Source: an uncultured Bacteroidales bacterium (GTDB lineage: Bacteria; Bacteroidota; Bacteroidia; Bacteroidales; WCHB1-69). Taken from it: a stretch of 64,000 nucleotides of DNA. The stretch lies in contig CAMVOL010000001.1 of assembly GCA_947169105.1 (NCBI GenBank), positions 7,570 through 71,569 of the forward strand, written 5' to 3'. The notes under the pieces were generated by a model. The model saw nothing but the letters and a program-made list of their open reading frames with translations, made no database searches and was not told the DNA's origin. The first letter of the stretch is position 1. Each line of letters opens with the position of its first letter. Made by a program: the position numbers and the translations under genes. Positions 28,985 through 37,234 of the stretch are shown one piece after another.

Positions 28985-28992
28985 CAAATGTA
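28985..28992 (-). promoter_or_regulatory. Bacteroidota -7 box (TAcaTTTG) for the OYE gene
   Basis: Exact motif on the minus strand, 29 nt upstream of the ATG at 28956. Confidence 0.5.
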
Positions 28993-29026
28993 GATAACGG
29001 GAATTTGGCGGCTATATTGTACTTTC

Positions 29027-29156
29027 AGTAAAAAGTATAAGGTAGAAAGTAAAAAGTATGAGGTTGCTTTCGCACAAGCCCCTCTTCAAACCTCCTGCCT
29101 ATTTTAACTTATCACCTATTACCTGATACCTATCACCTATTACCTGATACCTTTTA
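29027..29156. repeat. Heptad-built element of the same family as 1799-1899
   Basis: A purine-rich RGTANNA arm and a TNNTACC arm (TATCACC TATTACC TGATACC x2) flank a core at 29057-29088. That core matches the reverse complement of 1843-1870. Confidence 0.75.
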
Positions 29157-29570
29157 CTGATATTCCGGCATATCCTCCAAATAGGTAATCTTTTCCGTTT
29201 CAAAGTCTATCTGGAAGAAGAAGTGCTGCCGGCCGTTGCTGACAGCGATGTAGGGGGCGCGAAGGGTTTTGTTGTACCGTCCCACCTGCTCCACCACCGT
29301 CTGTGTCAGCTCCACCTGCGGGGCCTTGCACTCGATGACGAGCCACGGTGCACCCGCACGGTCGAAGACCACCAAATCATAGCGGCGCGTGAGCCCATTG
29401 ACCGTAATCTGCCGCTCCACCGAAAGGTGCGATTCGGGGATCCTTTTTTGCGAAACCAGAAAGTGGATGAGATACTGCCGCACCTTCTCCTCCTCGGTGA
29501 AAGGAATCCATTTCTTGCGGATGATATCAAACACTTCCGTCCGGCCACCGTTCTGTCGTTGCTTAATCAT
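29154..29570 (-). CDS. HsdR_N-domain (PD-(D/E)XK fold) small protein
   Basis: 138 aa. The sequence ...RRYDLVVFDRAGAPWLVIECKAP... gives the D...E-x-K nuclease-fold motif typical of stand-alone type I restriction enzyme R N-terminal domain proteins. Confidence 0.75.
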   Translation of the reverse strand: MIKQRQNGGRTEVFDIIRKKWIPFTEEEKVRQYLIHFLVSQKRIPESHLSVERQITVNGLTRRYDLVVFDRAGAPWLVIECKAPQVELTQTVVEQVGRYNKTLRAPYIAVSNGRQHFFFQIDFETEKITYLEDMPEYQ

Positions 29571-29592
29571 AACTGCCTACAAAAACGAGGTG

Positions 29593-29600
29593 CAAAATTA
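29593..29600 (-). promoter_or_regulatory. Bacteroidota -7 box (TAatTTTG) for the HsdR_N gene
   Basis: Exact motif on the minus strand, 23 nt upstream of the ATG at 29570. Confidence 0.55.
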
Positions 29601-29616
29601 CGAATTAGTTTATAAA

Positions 29617-29860
29617 GTTTGAAAGTATGAAGGTGTGAAAGTATGAAGGTGTGAAAGTATGAAGGTGTGAAAGTATGAAAGTGTGAAGGTTCTGCTTTTT
29701 AACTTTCTCACTTTTTAACTTTCTCACTTTTTAACTTTCCCACTTTCTAACTTTCTCACTTTTTAACTTTCCCACTTTCTAACTTTCTCACTTTTTAACT
29801 TTCCCACTCCTTCTTTCCACCTTCCAGTTCTCAATTTTCAGTTCTCAATTTTCAGTTTTT
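29617..29860. repeat. Tandem 16-bp arrays: (GTGTGAAAGTATGAAG) x4, then (TTTTTAACTTTCYCAC) x7, then (AGTTCTCAATTTTC) x2
   Basis: Read directly from the sequence. The purine-rich block is 29617-29689, followed by a short spacer and the pyrimidine-rich block 29696-29820. The array lies between divergent -7 boxes. Confidence 0.9.
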
Positions 29861-29863
29861 TCG

Positions 29864-29871
29864 TATTTTTG
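29864..29871 (+). promoter_or_regulatory. Bacteroidota -7 box (TAttTTTG) for yidC
   Basis: Exact motif 27 nt upstream of the ATG at 29898. Confidence 0.55.
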
Positions 29872-29897
29872 CCGCCTTATTTTTCAACCTCAAATAA

Positions 29898-31838
29898 ATG
29901 GATAAAAACACGATTATCGGGCTGTTACTCATCTTCGGAATGTTGATGGGATACAGCTTTTATGCCACAAACAAGGCGAAAAAGGCGAATGAGGCGAAAG
30001 CCAAGGCGATTGCGGAACAGCAGGCGCAAATTCAGGAGGACGTGGAAATGGCCGCACAGGCCGCTGCCGACAGCACTACCGCCGACACGCTCCAACCTCA
30101 GCCCTCCTCCCCTGCCCCCACCGCCCAAAGCTTCGGTTGCTTCGGTTATACCGATGAAACCCAAACGGCTGACTATGTCGTCAATACGAAGGTGGCGCAG
30201 TATCATTTCGCCCGCACCGGCGGCTACGTCACCCGCATCGAATACCCCGACATCTACCGTTATACGCCCAAAGATCAGCCCAAAGAAAAACTGGTGCTAT
30301 TCGACAACGGCAGCACCAAGATGGGGTTCGACTTCAAACTGCCGGACTATACCGTCATCAACACCAGCGACCTGTACTTCACCGCCTCCACCGACACCCT
30401 CGATGTGACGGGCGAGGAAGAACAAACGCTCTCGTTGCGGGTCTATCCCTACCTAACGGGCGACTCCGCCGCGTCCAACGCCCTCGACACGGCCAGCTAC
30501 TTGGAATTCCGCTACACGTTCCGTCCCGACGACTACCGCTTCGACTACACCGTGCGCTTCGTCAACCTGTCGAATTACATCTATAAAAACCGCCGCGAGT
30601 TCGACCTTTTGTGGAATGCCGACATCAACAACGTGGAGAAGAACTACGACTACGAGCGCGACGCCACCACCCTCTACTACATGGACAATCTGGACGATGT
30701 CGATAACCTCAACGAGCGCAATTCCGACTCCAAAGACCTGACCACCAACCTCAAATGGGTGGCTTTCAAACAGCAGTTCTTCACCTCCATCCTCATTGCA
30801 AAAGAGGAATCTTTTAAGAAAGGACATCTTGAGGTGGAGCTTCCGAAAGAGGAGCAGCGCCCGCTCATCAAAAAGATGACCGCCGACCTTTCGTTCGAGG
30901 TGCCGAACTTGGACGACGGGGCGTACGATATGAGCCTCTACATCGGCCCCAACCAGTACAAGCTGCTGGAGCCTTACGATATGAACCTTGAAAAACTGGT
31001 GCCACTCGGCTGGGGATTCTTCCTGCTCCATTGGATTAACCGCGCCGCCGTCATCCCGATTTTCAACTGGTTGGAAGCCTACGGCCTCAGTTACGGTATT
31101 ATCATTCTGATACTCACCATCATCATCAAGATTGTGCTGCTGCCGATTGCGTACAAAACCTATATGTCATCGGCCAAGATGCGCGTCTTGAAACCGGAAA
31201 TCCAGGAACTCAACGAAAAATATCCGAAGCAGGAGGATGCGATGAAAAAGCAACAGGCCACGATGAACCTGTACAAACGGGCCGGCGTGAGTCCGATGTC
31301 GGGCTGCCTGCCGATGCTCCTGCAAATGCCGATCCTTATCGCCATGTTCCGGTTCTTCCCGTCGGCATACGAACTGCGCCAGCAGCCGTTCCTCTGGGCG
31401 GAAGACCTCTCCACCTACGACTCCATCCTCGACTTCGGCTTCAACATCCCGTTCTACGGCGACCACGTCAGCTTGTTCACCCTGCTGATGACCATCGCCA
31501 CCCTCGTCTATACGTGGCTGAACAACAAGATGATGTCCGCCGGCAACGACCAGCAGATGAAGTCGATGAAGATCATGATGTACCTGATGCCCATCCTCTT
31601 CCTCGGCATGTTCAACAGCTTCTCCGCCGCCCTCACCTACTACTACCTGTTAGTGAACCTCATCACCTTCTTCCAAATGTGGCTGTTCCGTGTGCTGATC
31701 AATGAAGACAAACTGCGCCAGCAGCTCCTGACCAACATGAGCAAGCCGGTGAAGAAGTCGAAATGGCAGATGAAGATGGAAGAGCTTGCCAAACAGCAGC
31801 AGCAGTTAGCCAAGCAACAACAAAAAGGCAGAAAGTAA
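29898..31838 (+). CDS. yidC: Membrane protein insertase YidC
   Basis: 646 aa. Has an N-terminal TM helix, a large periplasmic domain, and a C-terminal 60-kDa insertase core (...GWGFFLLHWI...MRVLKPE...GCLPMLLQMPI...). Confidence 0.95.
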   Translation: MDKNTIIGLLLIFGMLMGYSFYATNKAKKANEAKAKAIAEQQAQIQEDVEMAAQAAADSTTADTLQPQPSSPAPTAQSFGCFGYTDETQTADYVVNTKVAQYHFARTGGYVTRIEYPDIYRYTPKDQPKEKLVLFDNGSTKMGFDFKLPDYTVINTSDLYFTASTDTLDVTGEEEQTLSLRVYPYLTGDSAASNALDTASYLEFRYTFRPDDYRFDYTVRFVNLSNYIYKNRREFDLLWNADINNVEKNYDYERDATTLYYMDNLDDVDNLNERNSDSKDLTTNLKWVAFKQQFFTSILIAKEESFKKGHLEVELPKEEQRPLIKKMTADLSFEVPNLDDGAYDMSLYIGPNQYKLLEPYDMNLEKLVPLGWGFFLLHWINRAAVIPIFNWLEAYGLSYGIIILILTIIIKIVLLPIAYKTYMSSAKMRVLKPEIQELNEKYPKQEDAMKKQQATMNLYKRAGVSPMSGCLPMLLQMPILIAMFRFFPSAYELRQQPFLWAEDLSTYDSILDFGFNIPFYGDHVSLFTLLMTIATLVYTWLNNKMMSAGNDQQMKSMKIMMYLMPILFLGMFNSFSAALTYYYLLVNLITFFQMWLFRVLINEDKLRQQLLTNMSKPVKKSKWQMKMEELAKQQQQLAKQQQKGRK

Positions 31839-31864
31839 TTTATCAACCCGGTTTTCTCACGAAG

Positions 31865-33226
31865 ATGAAGCAGTTCAAGCATTTTATCACGGAAGTCAGC
31901 GGCCTTCAGTACGTTTACGACAACGTCAAGGTCTGCTCTTCGTTGGGGAAAGGCTTACTGCTGCACCAGCTGCCGTGTACGAAGCCGGAGCTGCTCCGTG
32001 AGGAGTTAGACAAGACGGAACGCCATATCCGTTTCTTGCAGCAATATCCCGATGCCGTCCGCAATTTGGTGGGTGCATTGCACACCCTCAACGACATCCG
32101 CCAGACCATCCTGAACCTCCGCTATCTGCGGGTTTTAGACGACATCGAACTGTACGAAATCAAGAAGTTCGCCCTCAATTCCCAGTACATTCTCCGGCTG
32201 ATGCAGGAATCGGAGTACGAGGATTTGCATCTGCATGACCTGTCGAAAGTGGTGCAGACGTTGGATCCGGAAGGCAGCCGCATCGCCCACTTCTACATCT
32301 ATTCTGTATATGATGACGAATTGGCGGCATTGCGCAAGCAGATCCAGAATACGGAAGATGCGGAACCTCGGGAGGAACTGACGTACAAGGCGTTGCAGAT
32401 TGAGGACAGGGTTCGTCAGAAGCTGACAGAGATTCTTCATCCCTATTGGAAAAGCATCGAGGAGAACCTGCATCGGATTGCCGAACTCGACCTGCTGAAC
32501 GCCAAGGCGCAGATGGCCGTGGAGTGGGGGCTCTGCCGTCCCGTCATTTCGGAAACGAAGACATCATACAAAGGACTTTTCCAGCCGGAAGTGAAGCATC
32601 TTTTGGAAGAGCGCGGGGAGACGTTTCAGCCCGTTAATCTGGAGCTCCGTCCGGAGCCGTGCCTGATCACGGGCGCGAATATGTCGGGAAAGACCGTGGT
32701 GCTCAAGTCGTTATGTCTGGCACAACATCTGTTCCAGTTCGGTTTTTTCGTACCTGCAGAAGCTGCGGAAATCATGCTGATGGACGAGGTCTTCTGTATC
32801 ATTGAAGACGCGCAGTCGGAAAAGCACGGGCTTTCGTCGTTTGCGGTGGAGGTGCTGAACATCAACCGCATCATCGAGAGTGCCAAGTCGGGCCGGCGGG
32901 TGCTGGCGCTGGTGGATGAGCTGGCGCGCACGACGAACCCCGAGGAGGGCAAGCGGATTGTGAACGCCTTCGTGCTGATGATGCAGAAGTACGCCGTGAT
33001 GTCGGTCGTCACCACGCACTACGGCGGGGTGGCGGCAAAGTGCCGGCGGCTGCGGGTCAACGGTCTGCGGGTGGACCAAGTCACCGACGGCATCACGCCG
33101 GGCAACCTCTCCCGCTACATGGACTACACGCTGGTGGAGACCACTTCGGACGAGGTGCCGGAAGAGGCGCTCCGCATCGCCGAGATTTTCAACGCCGACA
33201 AGGAGTTTTTGGAGTTGGCTCGCTGA
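31865..33226 (+). CDS. MutS-related ATPase (MutS domain V only; no mismatch-binding or Smr domain seen)
   Basis: 453 aa from MKQFKHF. Has Walker A GANMSGKT and the ...VDELARTTNPEEG... signature of the MutS ABC ATPase domain. Confidence 0.75.
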   Translation: MKQFKHFITEVSGLQYVYDNVKVCSSLGKGLLLHQLPCTKPELLREELDKTERHIRFLQQYPDAVRNLVGALHTLNDIRQTILNLRYLRVLDDIELYEIKKFALNSQYILRLMQESEYEDLHLHDLSKVVQTLDPEGSRIAHFYIYSVYDDELAALRKQIQNTEDAEPREELTYKALQIEDRVRQKLTEILHPYWKSIEENLHRIAELDLLNAKAQMAVEWGLCRPVISETKTSYKGLFQPEVKHLLEERGETFQPVNLELRPEPCLITGANMSGKTVVLKSLCLAQHLFQFGFFVPAEAAEIMLMDEVFCIIEDAQSEKHGLSSFAVEVLNINRIIESAKSGRRVLALVDELARTTNPEEGKRIVNAFVLMMQKYAVMSVVTTHYGGVAAKCRRLRVNGLRVDQVTDGITPGNLSRYMDYTLVETTSDEVPEEALRIAEIFNADKEFLELAR

Positions 33227-33310
33227 CGCTCGCATTGGGTTCGCTTCGCTCACATTTTTGATTTTGTTCGCTGACGCGAACATTTGGGCGGGCTAGCGCC
33301 CGCATTTTGG
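33218..33310. repeat. Four tandem modules of about 22-27 bp (GC 16-mer + CATTTKGG)
   Basis: The modules are GCTCGCTGACGCTCGCATTGGG, TTCGCTTCGCTCACATTTTTGATTTTG, TTCGCTGACGCGAACATTTGGG and CGGGCTAGCGCCCGCATTTTGG. The first overlaps the last two codons and the TGA stop of the upstream gene. Confidence 0.85.
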
Positions 33311-33354
33311 AGACTTCGACACCGCGCCATATTTCTGTGAGTTTTGATTTATTT

Positions 33355-33505
33355 GCACTCACCTCGGAGAGGTGATATCTTCTTAACCCCAGATAAGGCC
33401 GTTAGGCCGCAATCTGGGGAGCGGAGGCCTCGTGTGTCTGCCCGCGGCACGGGCGGTGAGTACGGAAAAGCGGGGCGGGTGCTGCCGCGGAAAAGAGGGG
33501 GATGG
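33355..33505. repeat. Dispersed structured element related to 46107-46290
   Basis: Contains hairpins CACCTC-GGA-GAGGTG and CCCCAGAT..GGCC-GTTA-GGCC..ATCTGGGG. These are followed by a 78-nt block (33428-33505) alignable to 46215-46292. Confidence 0.7.
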
Positions 33506-33525
33506 AATTACAAAAACGGTCTATT

Positions 33526-34599
33526 CTAATAATGACGCTGCGAATTCTCCTTAATACGACATTCCTGAAATAGAAAATCAAAAAGGTCATATATTTCCTG
33601 GCCTGCATCATTTGTAAGGAATGCCTTGAACCCGTTGTCGGTCTTCCTCTCAATCAGCCATTGAGCTCCGTCCAACACCTCTGCATTATATATACGCGGT
33701 TGCTCATCAAGACGGACTTTTTCAAAATGTTTTAAAAATTGCTCATATTGTGCGGGAGTTAGGGATAACTCACCCTTTTTCAATGAATAGTTTTTCTTTT
33801 CGGGATTGTCTGAATTATACTTCGTTTCAAGGATTTTCCACACGATAGTCACCTTATTTTTGTCTTTGCTTATCCGGAAGGAGACAACAGGGTGAAAGGA
33901 CGGGAAAAAGGTACATCGAAATACCTCCTGATTGTCCTGTAAAGTCATGTCATACAAAACAGGCTCCTGCATACGTTTTAAGTCACGGGAAAAAGCCGAC
34001 ACCCAGAAGTACGATGTCGGTGCACTCATGAGATAGTCGATGCCCGCATCGAAGGTACTGTCTTTATTACAATTGATAAAATACGAATAAGGGAAATGAA
34101 CTCCTTTTACTGTGTCATACGGCAATTCGACCAATGGGTTATGCGGCTGGTGCAGGTACTGTTCCAGTTGGAGAATCGGCATGTAAATCAGCAGAAAAAT
34201 ATCGGTGGCAGGATTCAGCCGCACCGTTCGATAAAAGTACTTCAGCGCACTGTCGGCAGGGTTATGCACCACAGGACTGTGATCTGGGAAACTGTCTTCA
34301 TAGTAATATGAAAGCCAGTCCATATCCGAGGGCTTGCCAGCGTTTTCCAATACATATTCCCAATAATAGTATTTTCCAAGCCACAGGTTGGTCTCCACAT
34401 TGTTTGGATGTGACATAAAATCCTGATACCTCTCATTTATTTGCTCCCAACGGGCTCTATCCCGTTCTGTTTCAAGGATAGGGCTGCCATAGTTCACCCC
34501 TTCATTCTGTGCGGGCAAAGAAATTGTGATCCACACCAATAGAAGGGCAACGGATGTGCCGTACCAACTATTTATGCCACCTGTTTTGGGAAAAAGCAT
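33526..34599 (-). CDS. Hypothetical secreted protein (orphan)
   Basis: 357 aa with an N-terminal hydrophobic signal-like segment (VALLLVWITISLPAQ). I recognise no motif. It is visibly more AT-rich than its neighbours. Confidence 0.6.
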   Translation of the reverse strand: MLFPKTGGINSWYGTSVALLLVWITISLPAQNEGVNYGSPILETERDRARWEQINERYQDFMSHPNNVETNLWLGKYYYWEYVLENAGKPSDMDWLSYYYEDSFPDHSPVVHNPADSALKYFYRTVRLNPATDIFLLIYMPILQLEQYLHQPHNPLVELPYDTVKGVHFPYSYFINCNKDSTFDAGIDYLMSAPTSYFWVSAFSRDLKRMQEPVLYDMTLQDNQEVFRCTFFPSFHPVVSFRISKDKNKVTIVWKILETKYNSDNPEKKNYSLKKGELSLTPAQYEQFLKHFEKVRLDEQPRIYNAEVLDGAQWLIERKTDNGFKAFLTNDAGQEIYDLFDFLFQECRIKENSQRHY

Positions 34600-34617
34600 C
34601 TATATTTGTTTTCTTGG

Positions 34618-34625
34618 CAAAAGTA
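34618..34625 (-). promoter_or_regulatory. Bacteroidota -7 box (TActTTTG) for the orphan gene
   Basis: Exact motif on the minus strand, 19 nt upstream of the ATG at 34599. Confidence 0.5.
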
Positions 34626-34664
34626 CAAAAAAAAGGAAACTGAAAATTGAAAACAGAAATCTCG

Positions 34665-34672
34665 TACTTTTG
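34665..34672 (+). promoter_or_regulatory. Bacteroidota -7 box (TActTTTG) for the LolA-like gene
   Basis: Exact motif 62 nt upstream of the ATG at 34734. Confidence 0.45.
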
Positions 34673-34733
34673 CCACCGTTTTCTTCACCCATCCGTTGGT
34701 ACAATAAATGAAAAGAAAGTAAGTTATCATACT

Positions 34734-35363
34734 ATGAAAAAAATCATCCTCTCCATACTGACACTATTCATCGCCACGGCGCTCGCGGCCCAGCCCGCCG
34801 GCAGCAAACTGCTCAGCAGCAGCGAGAAAACGACCACCGTACAAAAAATCAAGAACCAGTCGGTGAGCCTGAAAACCCTGAAGGTGAATTTCACACAGGA
34901 GAAAACTTCCAAACTCTTCACCGACAAGGTGGTGTCGAAGGGCAATATGACGTACAAGAAGAGCAATATGCTCCGCTGGGCCTACACCTCACCTAAAACC
35001 TACGCCATCATCCTGAACAAGAAGGGCGCGTTCTTCAAGAACGAGAAGGGATCCGTCCAGAACAAGATGATTGAGGGGCTTTGCAAGCTGCTGCTCCGCA
35101 CCATCAATGGCGACGGGCTCGTCGAAAGCAACGGTTTCACCACCTCCTATTACCGCTGCGCCGACCAGTCGCTGCTGGTGCTGATGAAACCCACCGACAA
35201 GACAATGAAGGAGATGTACACCTCCATCGAGGTCTATCTGGACCCGACCTCGCTGATGGCGACGAAGGTGAAGCTGAACGAAAAGAAAGGCGATGTCACC
35301 AACATCACGTTCAGCAACCACAAGAAAGACATCGCCATCGCGGATTCCGAATTTGACGAATGA
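34734..35363 (+). CDS. LolA-like outer-membrane lipoprotein carrier family protein
   Basis: 209 aa from MKKIILSILTLFIATALAAQ. Reads as LolA-like: ...LKVNFTQEKTSKLFTDKVVSKGNMTYKKSNMLRWAYTSP.... Confidence 0.65.
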   Translation: MKKIILSILTLFIATALAAQPAGSKLLSSSEKTTTVQKIKNQSVSLKTLKVNFTQEKTSKLFTDKVVSKGNMTYKKSNMLRWAYTSPKTYAIILNKKGAFFKNEKGSVQNKMIEGLCKLLLRTINGDGLVESNGFTTSYYRCADQSLLVLMKPTDKTMKEMYTSIEVYLDPTSLMATKVKLNEKKGDVTNITFSNHKKDIAIADSEFDE

Positions 35364-35373
35364 CATAAAAAAA

Positions 35374-35397
35374 CAACGGCGGACCCCTCCGCCGTTG
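35374..35397 (+). terminator. Intrinsic terminator-like hairpin
   Basis: CAACGGCGGA-CCCC-TCCGCCGTTG, 11 nt after the stop at 35363. Confidence 0.7.
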
Positions 35398-35568
35398 ATA
35401 ACCATTAACCTTTAATGATACGTAAAGGATTTTTCATCCTTTTGTTGTTCGATGAGGTTTTACGCCCCCGATTTCAAAATGTTACAAAAAAAATCAAAAA
35501 ATTTTACGTATCTGCAATAAGATACAAAAAATGGATAGAAAATGTTGCCTTGAAATCCCGAAATGTCG

Positions 35569-35576
35569 TACCTTTG
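35569..35576 (+). promoter_or_regulatory. Bacteroidota -7 box (TAccTTTG) for the FKBP gene
   Basis: Exact motif 38 nt upstream of the ATG at 35614. Confidence 0.55.
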
Positions 35577-35613
35577 CCGCTCGTTTGAATCAAAATAAAA
35601 ACAACATAAATTT

Positions 35614-36309
35614 ATGAATATGAAAAAGTTATTATTAATCCTCGTGTGCGCCATGCTCGCAAGTTGCGGCCACACTTCAAAAGCACAAAACGAAATGAAA
35701 GACATGACCGAAGACCAGAAAATGAGTTACGCCCTCGGCGTGAACAGCGGAGACCAGTTCCGCAACCTTGGCCTGAACATTGATTTTGACCTCTTTATGA
35801 AAGGAATCAAGGACGGGATTGCCAACAGCAACCAGTTCTCGCAGGAAGAGATGCAGGCCGCTTTCGCCTACCTTGAAATGCAAGCCCGCGCCAATCAGGA
35901 CAAAGCCATGAACGATGAAAAAGCCGCAGGTGCCGCCTTCCTCGCCAAGAACAAGAACGAAAAGGGCGTGATGGTGACAGAATCCGGCCTCCAGTACAAA
36001 GTGATTACGGAAGGCAAGGGCAAGAAGCCCCTCGCCACCGACAAAGTGAAAGTGCACTACAAGGGCACTCTTCTCGACGGCACCGTTTTCGACTCCTCCT
36101 ACGACCGCGGCGAACCCATCACCTTCCCGCTTAACGGCGTGATCAAGGGCTGGACCGAAGGCCTCCAGCTGATGAGCGAAGGCTCCAAGTACATCCTCTA
36201 TATCCCCTCCGACCTCGGCTACGGCGACAGAGGTGCCGGTGCCCAGATCAAACCTGGCGCTACGCTGATTTTTGAAGTCGAATTATTGGAAGTCAATCCC
36301 GCCAACTAA
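35614..36309 (+). CDS. FKBP-type peptidyl-prolyl cis-trans isomerase (Mip/FklB-like lipoprotein)
   Basis: 231 aa with the lipobox LASCG. The FKBP_C core is [41 protein letters not shown]...[11 protein letters not shown]. Confidence 0.9.
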   Translation: MNMKKLLLILVCAMLASCGHTSKAQNEMKDMTEDQKMSYALGVNSGDQFRNLGLNIDFDLFMKGIKDGIANSNQFSQEEMQAAFAYLEMQARANQDKAMNDEKAAGAAFLAKNKNEKGVMVTESGLQYKVITEGKGKKPLATDKVKVHYKGTLLDGTVFDSSYDRGEPITFPLNGVIKGWTEGLQLMSEGSKYILYIPSDLGYGDRGAGAQIKPGATLIFEVELLEVNPAN

Positions 36310-36311
36310 TT

Positions 36312-37211
36312 GTGAAAAAACTATTTATTACCCTTATATCCGTTCTGCTGCTGGTGTCGTGCCAGCAGCAGAATTCGTCTGTGGCCGACAGCAGTTTCTA
36401 TACGGGCGAAGATTCCTACGGCAGAACTGTCGTCATCAAAGAGGAGCCGAAACGCATCATCTCCCTCTCGTCGTCCATCACCGAAATTGCCTTTTTGCTC
36501 AACGCGGGCGACAAACTGGTCGGCGTTTCCGATTTCTGCGAATATCCGCCGGAAGTGGAGAAGATTCCGAAGGTCGGCAAGCTGCTGAACATCAACGTGG
36601 AGACCTTGCTGGCACTGCATCCAGACCTCGTGCTCATTACCTCGCACGTCACCAAGGAGGATGTGGCCAAAATCGAGAATGCCGGCATTCCCGTCTTTTC
36701 CGTGAAGGCGGAAGACAACATTGAGGGACTTTTTTACACCATTGATATGCTGGGCGTTATCCTCAACCGACAGGAGGAGGCCGCCGCCCTCGCCGCCGAC
36801 TACCGCCACAAAATAGACTCTCTCCAGCAGAACCGTCCGGAAGCCACGAAGAGCGTCTATTACGTCGTCGGCTTCGGCAAGACCGGCGATTTCACTGCGC
36901 CGGGCAACAGCTACATCCACGACATCATCACGCTCGCGGGCGGACGCAACATCGGCGAAAACCTCGACACGTGGAGCGTGAACCGCGAACTCCTCTTCGA
37001 GCAGGATCCCGACCTCATCTTCATCCGCGAAGAGGACCTCGAAACCTTCTGCAAAACCCATCCTTACACCAAGCTCACCGCCGTGAAGGAACACCGCGTC
37101 TATCCCATCAACACCGGCTGGATCGATACCCCCTCGCCGCGCAATATGCTGGCGATTGAATATATCCACAAGGTTATAGGGTATAGGGGTCAGGTTTCAG
37201 GGGTCAGATAA
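36312..37211 (+). CDS. ABC-type substrate-binding lipoprotein (Peripla_BP_2; cobalamin/iron-siderophore class)
   Basis: 299 aa with a GTG start 2 nt after the FKBP stop and the lipobox LLVSC. Reads as BtuF/FhuD-like: ...RIISLSSSITEIAFLLNAGDKLVGVSDFC..PDLVLI.... Confidence 0.75.
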   Translation: MKKLFITLISVLLLVSCQQQNSSVADSSFYTGEDSYGRTVVIKEEPKRIISLSSSITEIAFLLNAGDKLVGVSDFCEYPPEVEKIPKVGKLLNINVETLLALHPDLVLITSHVTKEDVAKIENAGIPVFSVKAEDNIEGLFYTIDMLGVILNRQEEAAALAADYRHKIDSLQQNRPEATKSVYYVVGFGKTGDFTAPGNSYIHDIITLAGGRNIGENLDTWSVNRELLFEQDPDLIFIREEDLETFCKTHPYTKLTAVKEHRVYPINTGWIDTPSPRNMLAIEYIHKVIGYRGQVSGVR

Positions 37212-37234
37212 TAGAAAAAATAATACCTATTAGG

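Noticed and set aside
33344-33529. Small ORFs 33344..33529 and 46105..46380 considered as real genes because they share an arginine-rich peptide.
   Set aside because: Only about 26 codons are shared and the upstream parts are unrelated. The second ORF runs antisense into the DUF3667 gene, and the every-third-base bias fits a minus-strand frame equally well. I kept this as a finding to test rather than annotating it as a CDS.
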